From: a virus
Taxonomy: Duplodnaviria > Heunggongvirae > Uroviricota > Caudoviricetes
Virus record (IMG/VR): IMGVR_UViG_2660238128_000002
Strand: one strand, 5' to 3'
Length of the DNA stretch: 14,285 bases
This document shows positions 8,769 through 14,285 of this stretch, in pieces. The notes under the pieces were generated by a model. It searched no databases and was not told the DNA's origin. It saw only the letters and a list, made by a program, of their open reading frames with translations. The first letter of the stretch is position 1. Every line of letters starts with the position of its first letter. The position numbers were made by a program, and so were the translations under genes.

Positions 8769-8926
8769 AGAGCATTCCGCATTTTCTCCCGGTACTTCAA
8801 CCACCAAGCAAGTCCCTGAACCAACACTGAGTTTTCTGACATCCCCTCTTCCTTGGCGATGCGTTTCACCTCCTCCTTAAAACGGTACGGATACCGAAGA
8901 GTTGTCTTCACTTCATTCTTTTCCAT
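8765..8926 (-). CDS. Arc-like ribbon-helix-helix transcriptional repressor (53 aa)
   Basis: ORF absent from the supplied track (below its cutoff). ATG at 8926 is preceded by GGAGTG with an in-frame stop immediately upstream. Translation: MEKNEVKTTLRYPYRFKEEVKRIAKEEGMSENSVLVQGLAWWLKYREKMRNAL. Shows the ribbon-helix-helix pattern (beta-strand TTLRYP, helix A, turn, helix B). Same length as P22 Arc and directly upstream of the antirepressor. Confidence 0.65.
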   Translation of the reverse strand: MEKNEVKTTLRYPYRFKEEVKRIAKEEGMSENSVLVQGLAWWLKYREKMRNAL

Positions 8927-9027
8927 TGATCACTCCTTTTACGTAATGGCATTATGCCTTGAAAGCAATATGCTATCATTGAATATAAATAGCAATATGC
9001 CATCATTGTTTTTTTTGAGGTGATGTT
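8927..9027. promoter_or_regulatory. Divergent promoter/operator region between the Arc-like and Mnt-like genes
   Basis: 100-bp AT-rich intergenic region. Two 18-bp direct repeats, AGCAATATGCTATCATTG (8964-8981) and AGCAATATGCCATCATTG (8991-9008), 17/18 identical, 27 bp apart. Perfect palindrome GGCAT-T-ATGCC at 8948-8958. Plus-strand -35-like TTGAAA (8959-8964) with a TATAAA -10-like element (8984-8989). Minus-strand CATAAT -10-like element within the palindrome. Confidence 0.5.
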
Positions 9028-9348
9028 ATGGCTGAAAAGCAGGTTAAAGATTACGAAAAGTTTGTTGTGCGTTTCCCTGACGGGATGAGGGACGCGATTG
9101 CGGAGAGAGCCAAACGAAACGGGCGCTCTATGAACTCAGAGATTGTGCAGATACTGGAAGATGCCTTGAATGCAGAAAATACTCTTGGGGAAATAGCAGA
9201 CAAAATCAACAGCGTCTCGGTTCCGTTAAATGTTGATGCGCTAGTTCAACTTCAAGCCCAAGTGATCGCCATGCAAAAAGAAATACAGGAAAAGTTCAGA
9301 GAGCAGAACGAAAAGTTGAGAGAACTGCTAAACAAAAAACCCACCTGA
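9028..9348 (+). CDS. Mnt-like (Arc/Mnt family) ribbon-helix-helix repressor with C-terminal coiled coil
   Basis: 106-aa ORF with RBS GAGG. N-terminal FVVRFPDGMRDAIAERAKRNGRSMNSEIVQILEDAL closely resembles the Mnt/Arc DNA-binding motif as I recall it (...NGRSMNSE...DAL). The C-terminal half is heptad-like and charged (oligomerisation). Divergently transcribed from the Arc-like/antirepressor operon. Confidence 0.75.
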   Translation: MAEKQVKDYEKFVVRFPDGMRDAIAERAKRNGRSMNSEIVQILEDALNAENTLGEIADKINSVSVPLNVDALVQLQAQVIAMQKEIQEKFREQNEKLRELLNKKPT

Positions 9349-9365
9349 CGGTGGGTTTTCATTTT
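9332..9365. terminator. Bidirectional intrinsic terminator
   Basis: Hairpin AACCCACC-TGAC-GGTGGGTT (8-bp stem), flanked by an A-run upstream and a T-run downstream, so it is followed by U-tracts on either strand. The Mnt-like stop codon TGA lies in the loop. The hairpin is about 50 nt downstream of the tape measure stop on the minus strand. Confidence 0.7.
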
Positions 9366-9416
9366 TACCGTCCGACTTCAGTCAACAGGCACAAACAGAG
9401 AAAACGTTACAGGTGA

Positions 9417-11231
9417 CTAAGGCATTGCACTGGAAAATGCCGCGTTTGTTGACGCCCGGCTAACTTGCTGATTGACGCTTCTGGTAAGAGCATCAACTGT
9501 TGTCGGGTTACTGTTAACAACTACCGTGCCAATAGTTGTACTGCTGCTACGGCTGTTGTCAATTTTTGATGTTGTCTGGCTTGGTGTTGAGGCGATGCGT
9601 TGCTGCTGCTGATAGTAAGCCAGCGTCTCGTTTTCTTTTGCATTAAGAGCGGCGCGAATCTTTGGTACATATTCTCGCGTTTCTTTCGGCAGGGTGTTCC
9701 AGTATTTGGATGATGGTGAATCAAACCCGGTACTGGATATATATTTTAACTTTTTGTCTACATTACCCATCCCCCAGTTGTAAGCCATCAGCGCATGGTT
9801 AACATTGCCTTTATAGTGCTTTAGCAAATCCCTCATGAACCTTTCAGCAGCAGCGCGAGATTTCACCTCATCAAGGCGCTCATCAATCCCATCCCCGACC
9901 TTTAACCCGTACGCTATGGCAGTATCCTTCATGAACTGATACGGACCAACAGCACCTTTCGGACTATAAAGTTTTTTACCACCACTCGATTCCACCTCAC
10001 GAATGGCGTCAAGGAGAGAATCCATGCTTACTGGCTTTACTCCGTCAGGGAGAGGGATATCTGGCTGAATGTTATTGCCATAAATCTCATCTCCTCTACG
10101 CCCAAAATCAGTATCAAAACCCATGCTGCGCATGGTATCTCCAAGTTCACGTTTAGAGTAATCAAACGATCCTTTAGCTGCCCCCTCAATGTTTTCCCTG
10201 TCATTGTAGAGATACAAACCATATGCTATTAACCCTGCTAACCATGGAGGAAGGGCGCCGCCTGTAAGTTTGCTTCCTACATATGCTGCTGCCAATAGTT
10301 TCAGAGCCTCTTCCGCACCACCAACTGCCTTTGTGAATTGCTTCGTCATATTCCCGGCGTCATTGAAAAAGCCAATGATGTCGCCATGATGTTTCTCAAT
10401 CCAGGAACCAAAAGCCTTCATCCCGTCAATAACGTCTGGAGCGAATGCCATGGCTAAATTTTGCTTTAATCGGGAAAACTCTGAATCAAGTTGCCCAAGG
10501 GTGGCAGCAACCTTCTCCTGCTCTTTTACCTGCTGTGCTGTAATACGGGATTTCTTTGTTTCTGAATCGACAAGCTGCTTAAGTTCCCCTGATTTTATTT
10601 TAGCGGCATCTGTCGGATCGAACCCTGCGGCAGCCATCACCTGCATCAGGTTTTCTTGAGAATGAGTCTTGCCATAGCGAGAAAACTCAGCAAGAGCCTT
10701 GTTTGGGTCGCCGAGCTTATTGATATCTAATCCGGTACGAGCTCCAAGAATCAGCAAATTTTGGGCAGCGCCAGTAAGCCCTCCCATAACAGTCGGATCG
10801 GCAATATTTGCCAAAGCCATTCTGGCATTCCCAGAAGATGAAATGAACGAGTCACCGTTAAGACCAGCCTGGCGAAATCCCCGCTGAACACCAAACATCT
10901 TATTAACATCAGAGCCGAAAAACTTGGCCTGTTGGCTGGCCCTCACAATTTCGTTGGCAGTAGATGTAAAAAGTTGCTTGACTCCATACAACCCTGCGCC
11001 AATTCCCAAAAATCCAGCGGCTGCTGTTGTCACGTTGCGGAAAGCTGAAACAGCGGTTTTACCGAACCTCTCCGTTTCCTGCCGCTGTTTTTCAAGTTCC
11101 TTTAGCCTTTCCTTCTCAGCCCTAGAAAGATCTTTGTTTAATTTACTAACTTCATCTTTTACTTTCCGTTTTCCATTCAGGAATTCATCGGCCTTAATTG
11201 TGACCTTGTAGGCCAACTCATTGATAATCAT
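9417..11231 (-). CDS. Tail tape measure protein with C-terminal soluble lytic transglycosylase (SLT) domain
   Basis: 604-aa ORF after the chaperone pair. N-terminal coiled-coil/charged region (EKERLKELEKQRQETERFGK) and Gly/Ala-rich hydrophobic segments. The C-terminal part has the SLT-type motif (EVESSGG...GAVGPYQFMKDTA...AYNWGMGNV, with the catalytic Glu in the E-S context). Confidence 0.75.
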   Translation of the reverse strand: MIINELAYKVTIKADEFLNGKRKVKDEVSKLNKDLSRAEKERLKELEKQRQETERFGKTAVSAFRNVTTAAAGFLGIGAGLYGVKQLFTSTANEIVRASQQAKFFGSDVNKMFGVQRGFRQAGLNGDSFISSSGNARMALANIADPTVMGGLTGAAQNLLILGARTGLDINKLGDPNKALAEFSRYGKTHSQENLMQVMAAAGFDPTDAAKIKSGELKQLVDSETKKSRITAQQVKEQEKVAATLGQLDSEFSRLKQNLAMAFAPDVIDGMKAFGSWIEKHHGDIIGFFNDAGNMTKQFTKAVGGAEEALKLLAAAYVGSKLTGGALPPWLAGLIAYGLYLYNDRENIEGAAKGSFDYSKRELGDTMRSMGFDTDFGRRGDEIYGNNIQPDIPLPDGVKPVSMDSLLDAIREVESSGGKKLYSPKGAVGPYQFMKDTAIAYGLKVGDGIDERLDEVKSRAAAERFMRDLLKHYKGNVNHALMAYNWGMGNVDKKLKYISSTGFDSPSSKYWNTLPKETREYVPKIRAALNAKENETLAYYQQQQRIASTPSQTTSKIDNSRSSSTTIGTVVVNSNPTTVDALTRSVNQQVSRASTNAAFSSAMP

Positions 11232-11446
11232 CGCTGCTCCTGATGTTTATTCCAGACCCGCTTGTTAAATGATTCCACCGAGATAATTTCCAGCAGGTTA
11301 TACATATCACGAACAGATAACCTTTCCTGCAAATCGGTATAAGTGGCTTTTCCTGAACAGATAATGGCGTTCATTGATGGTGTGACGTTTACGGGGATAA
11401 CGAGTTTTGCCGGAAGAGTCTCCTCTTCCATGAACGGGTACTTCAC
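11228..11446 (-). CDS. Tail assembly chaperone, T-like frame (probably expressed as a G-T fusion by -1 frameshift)
   Basis: 72-aa ORF (GTG start in the track) in the -1 frame relative to the upstream 135-aa gene. Its frame is open from 11467, and its stop overlaps the tape measure start. Position between tube and tape measure matches the conserved G/GT chaperone pair. Confidence 0.55.
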   Translation of the reverse strand: MKYPFMEEETLPAKLVIPVNVTPSMNAIICSGKATYTDLQERLSVRDMYNLLEIISVESFNKRVWNKHQEQR

Positions 11447-11850
11447 TCTCCGGCGATCGTTAAAAAATCAAAATTGACTTTAAATACCTTGTCCATTACC
11501 TGACGAATGGTTGATACCTCTTCAAAGTCGACAGGCTTCACGGTTCGCACCTGTCTGCTGCCTTCGTGTGTAATCACAATTTGCACAGTTGACATCAGGC
11601 GATCACGAAGTTTTCTGGCAACTTCCGGCGATGCGGCAGAAAGAACATTCAGACCAAGGGTGGCAAGGCCAGCGCACCCCATGGCAATCACATCAGCAGG
11701 GATACCAGAGAATCCCGATTCCCCCATGGAGCGGAATAAATCCTGTGCCAGTTCGTCGGCATCCCATGCCGACATCTCTATGATAATGAACTCCTTCCCA
11801 TTGTCGCGATTATCGTCTTCCACGATAAAGGGGATTTCTTTACGTGCCAT
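11443..11850 (-). CDS. Tail assembly chaperone, G-like
   Basis: 135-aa acidic protein. Start overlaps the tube gene stop (TGATG). Lies between the tube and tape measure genes. Contains the slippery heptamer near its 3' end. Confidence 0.6.
   Translation of the reverse strand: MARKEIPFIVEDDNRDNGKEFIIIEMSAWDADELAQDLFRSMGESGFSGIPADVIAMGCAGLATLGLNVLSAASPEVARKLRDRLMSTVQIVITHEGSRQVRTVKPVDFEEVSTIRQVMDKVFKVNFDFLTIAGE
11461..11467 (-). other. Candidate -1 programmed ribosomal frameshift slippery heptamer T_TTT_TTA
   Basis: In the zero frame of the 135-aa gene the sequence reads GAT TTT TTA (D F L), giving the X_XXY_YYZ heptamer U_UUU_UUA eight codons before the stop. The -1 frame is open from exactly this point into the 72-aa ORF. 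Confidence 0.5.
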
Positions 11851-12284
11851 CAGATAGTGCTCCGTGTTACAGACTCAAAGTGAAATACTGCCGGGCGTGG
11901 TTGCAGTACGCGCCGACCCGGAGGGGTTGGAGTCCATGTATAAAGAACCCCGTTCACAAAATTCCACTTCGCGCCGAGAGCCGGAACTGTAAGCACCGCA
12001 TTACACTGAAACGCTGAAATTGCAGTTCTCTCCGCTGCATACCAGTCATCAATCAGCGAGCCAGCATTGGATGTGGGCATCAGGTTGATGGTGAACTCTG
12101 TCGGGTTAAAGATAAAACCAGCATGGTATTTACCGTCCGCTGACATCATGTCTTCTTTGTTCTGTAGTGCGCCAGTTTCAAACATGTTATCAGCTGCGTA
12201 GTCGTCAACATCAAAACCGCCAGGGTAGTAAGCGGGTACGACGATTCGCAGCTTACTGTTTGCCGAGGTGATATCTATAGGCAT
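11850..12284 (-). CDS. Tail tube protein
   Basis: 144-aa ORF immediately downstream of the sheath gene with RBS AAGGGA. Size and position match a contractile-tail tube protein (Mu gpM position). Confidence 0.65.
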   Translation of the reverse strand: MPIDITSANSKLRIVVPAYYPGGFDVDDYAADNMFETGALQNKEDMMSADGKYHAGFIFNPTEFTINLMPTSNAGSLIDDWYAAERTAISAFQCNAVLTVPALGAKWNFVNGVLYTWTPTPPGRRVLQPRPAVFHFESVTRSTI

Positions 12285-12295
12285 GATTTATTCCC

Positions 12296-13786
12296 TTATA
12301 AAATCGCGGTTGAGGACATTGTGATGGACTGGATTAACTGACCATCGACATAATAAAAAATGACACCTTTCAGGTCGCGCTCAATGCGTGCAGAGCCTGA
12401 CTGTGTCGGGATGTACAGGAACCAGCCCTGTGAATACAGCGTCGATGAGATATCTTTTCCAACTGTGTTATTCACAATTCTGGTTTGCGCATTATCAAGT
12501 TTCACGCCACGCTGAATAGCCCCGAAATTGAGAGCCTGTTCAGCAACATCAATAACAGCAGCAGAAACTGCGCCGTATCCTGTCTCATTGAACGGGTAAG
12601 ACTGGTTATTGGTGAACAGGTTGGCAAAAGCACTAACCAGATTGGCATTAATCCATACCTGATTAATAAAACTGTCCAGCCATACAAACTTGCCAGTAAT
12701 GGCGCCATCAGATGCGTACTGCGCCATTGTTTTGTTCAGGCTGTATGAGCCGTAGAAGTTGTAACCGTTTGACTTCAGTGCCTGAGCGGTCGCCAGATCG
12801 CTTACGTTGGGTGCTAACCCTGAAAATCCACGGAACTTGAACGAGATACGCCCATTGGTGCGTGCAAAATCCACGGATGCAGCATATGCCAGTGCTGTAA
12901 CGCTATACAGGTATGTTCCGTACACCGGAAAAATGTTCTCGTAGCCATTTGCCACAACCACTTTCTGCACAAAGCAATTGGCATTATTGGCTACCGTTCC
13001 TGCTGAAGTGGTGTCGTGAACAACATATCCAAACCGGTTTTTACTGCTGCTTGCCCATGCGCACAATTCTGTTTTCTGGTCATCGGCCAGTTCGACCAGC
13101 GAGTTAAACAGGATCCAGTTCTGGTTGACGTTGATGATGTTGTTCATCGTGTCTGTCAGAGTTACCGCATCAGAACCCGGTGATACAATCGCTGCGGAAT
13201 CCTGCGTCAGTAATAACCCGGCAGCCAGAGCGCCAGCAGAGGCATAAGACACTTCACTCTCTGCGCCAGTAGTGGCAGAGCGAATGATGAATCGGTTAGC
13301 GATTGGCAACCATTCAACCACCACCTTGCTTGCACCAATTCCAACCTGCAACTTGGACGCAATGTCACTAAAACTTGTGGCTGTGGACAAATCAATTGAT
13401 GTGCTGGTAGTCGACTCACCGTCAATGGAAAGGGTGATTGTTCCTGCTGGAATCGCTTTCAGTGTTGCCAGGGCAACACCTTTCAGGTTGCCGGACAGAA
13501 GATACCCAGCCACTGGTGAAGTAACAATACGATACATCAGCAGTTCACCAGGAATAACGGATGAATTTTCGTATCCGTTAAAATACTGTTGTGCTGCGAG
13601 GAATTCTTTCGATTCACTCCCCATCAAAGCTGATACATCAGATGAGGAGTAATAAGATTGTACCGCGCCAACCGGGATAAGCTCGTTATCGGTCAACATC
13701 AGGCCGTTAGCATCAACCGCAGAACCGGCAGGCGTAACGACATTGGGCGTGATATTAAAATCTACAGATAAAGGGATTGTGCTCAT
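12296..13786 (-). CDS. Tail sheath protein
   Basis: 496-aa ORF, first large gene of the tail operon and followed by the tube gene. Size is almost identical to the Mu sheath protein gpL (495 aa). Call is by size and synteny; resemblance to a DUF3383-type sheath is my recollection only. Confidence 0.7.
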   Translation of the reverse strand: MSTIPLSVDFNITPNVVTPAGSAVDANGLMLTDNELIPVGAVQSYYSSSDVSALMGSESKEFLAAQQYFNGYENSSVIPGELLMYRIVTSPVAGYLLSGNLKGVALATLKAIPAGTITLSIDGESTTSTSIDLSTATSFSDIASKLQVGIGASKVVVEWLPIANRFIIRSATTGAESEVSYASAGALAAGLLLTQDSAAIVSPGSDAVTLTDTMNNIINVNQNWILFNSLVELADDQKTELCAWASSSKNRFGYVVHDTTSAGTVANNANCFVQKVVVANGYENIFPVYGTYLYSVTALAYAASVDFARTNGRISFKFRGFSGLAPNVSDLATAQALKSNGYNFYGSYSLNKTMAQYASDGAITGKFVWLDSFINQVWINANLVSAFANLFTNNQSYPFNETGYGAVSAAVIDVAEQALNFGAIQRGVKLDNAQTRIVNNTVGKDISSTLYSQGWFLYIPTQSGSARIERDLKGVIFYYVDGQLIQSITMSSTAIL

Positions 13787-13988
13787 GGGCGGTTATCCAC
13801 CTGTTCAGTTGAAATTTCTGCTTTGTCGAAATAGTCCTGCTGGAACGACACGGTGATGTGTGCTTGCAGGGAAAGAGTTAACGTGTAACGCTCCTGCCAC
13901 TGACTCTCGGCGTTGATCATCGGCGCCTGAATGGCAGGAGATGAGTAAAGCGGTGCAAGCCGTGCATCAATAGCCTTGATGATGTCGT
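13783..13988 (-). pseudogene. 5'-truncated phage gene upstream of the sheath gene, interrupted by IS insertion
   Basis: The 84-aa track ORF (13783..14037) draws its first ~16 codons from IS terminal sequence. Native coding sequence begins at about 13988, so the original start and promoter are missing. Its stop overlaps the sheath start. Confidence 0.45.
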
Positions 13989-14285
13989 TGAAGTGGTTTA
14001 CTGAATTTGGCCACCTGAACAGAGGTGATATGCTCACCTCAGAACAACACAGGTGCCATAATGAAAAAAAGAAATTTCAGCGCAGAGTTTAAACGCGAAT
14101 CCGCTCAACTGGTCGTTGACCAGAATTACACCGTGGCAGATGCAGCCAGCGCTATGGATGTCGGCCTTTCCACAATGACGCGATGGGTGAAACAATTACG
14201 TGATGAGCGGCAGGGAAAAACACCAAAAGCCTCCCCCATTACCCCGGAACAAATTGAAATCCGTGAGCTCAGGAAAAAGCTACAA
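13989..14285 (+). mobile_element. IS3-family insertion sequence (IS911-like), left end; runs off the window
   Basis: Terminus begins TGAAGTGG... (IS3-family ends are TG...CA). OrfA starts about 72 nt inside the end. The OrfA protein matches IS911 OrfA as I recall it. Confidence 0.8.
14061..14285 (+). CDS. insN: IS911-like transposase OrfA (partial; continues beyond the window)
   Basis: Translation [75 protein letters not shown]: helix-turn-helix N-terminus followed by the start of the leucine-zipper region characteristic of IS3-family OrfA. Preceded by a purine-rich RBS region. Confidence 0.85.
   Translation, partial: MKKRNFSAEFKRESAQLVVDQNYTVADAASAMDVGLSTMTRWVKQLRDERQGKTPKASPITPEQIEIRELRKKLQ

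Noticed and set aside
7815-8926. Arc-like RHH plus Bro-N pair as a toxin-antitoxin or anti-phage defence system
   Set aside because: An RHH gene preceding a larger gene resembles some antitoxin-toxin pairs. However, the Bro-N signature, the divergent Mnt-like gene and the operator and antisense arrangement fit an immI-type antirepressor circuit much better, and no toxin-like domain is recognisable.
9521-11211. Several 60-95-aa ORFs on both strands within the tape measure gene (9521-9724, 10037-10222, 10450-10659, 10699-10887, 10924-11211)
   Set aside because: All are nested within or antisense to the 604-aa tape measure ORF, which has clear domain content. No start-site signals.
11507-13652. 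Plus-strand and nested ORFs opposite the chaperone and sheath genes (11507-11857, 11589-11783, 12485-12748, 12502-12708, 12913-13107, 13207-13425, 13272-13652)
   Set aside because: Antisense or overlapping shadows of long, coupled structural genes. Compositions are atypical for real proteins.
1-14285. CRISPR arrays, tRNA or rRNA genes, integrase or att sites
   Set aside because: No regularly spaced direct repeats, no cloverleaf-like candidates noticed by eye, and no recombinase-like ORF. Absence by visual inspection only; tRNA and repeat-finding software were not run.

Overview
This window reads as the tail-morphogenesis module of a Mu-like contractile-tailed (myovirus-type) prophage, encoded almost entirely on the minus strand as a tightly packed, translationally coupled operon. 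In transcription order it runs: sheath, tube, a chaperone pair with a candidate -1 frameshift, a tape measure with a lytic transglycosylase domain, baseplate genes, and a tail fiber. Three things sit on top of that backbone. (1) Between the tape measure and the baseplate genes lies an insulated cassette that resembles a phage P22 immI region: a small Arc-like ribbon-helix-helix gene plus a Bro-N antirepressor gene on the minus strand, a divergent Mnt-like repressor gene on the plus strand, operator-like repeats in the divergent promoter region, and a candidate Sar-like antisense RNA. This is the most interesting feature. (2) At the left end, a membrane acyltransferase-3 gene (likely O-antigen acetylase, lysogenic-conversion type) lies convergent to the tail fiber gene in AT-rich DNA. 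(3) At the right end, an IS3-family element (IS911-like OrfA) has inserted into the gene upstream of the sheath. That insertion, together with an apparent frameshift splitting the baseplate hub gene, suggests a defective prophage or domesticated tail cluster. No tRNA, rRNA or CRISPR array was seen. All family assignments are from motif recognition, gene order and size, not from database searches.
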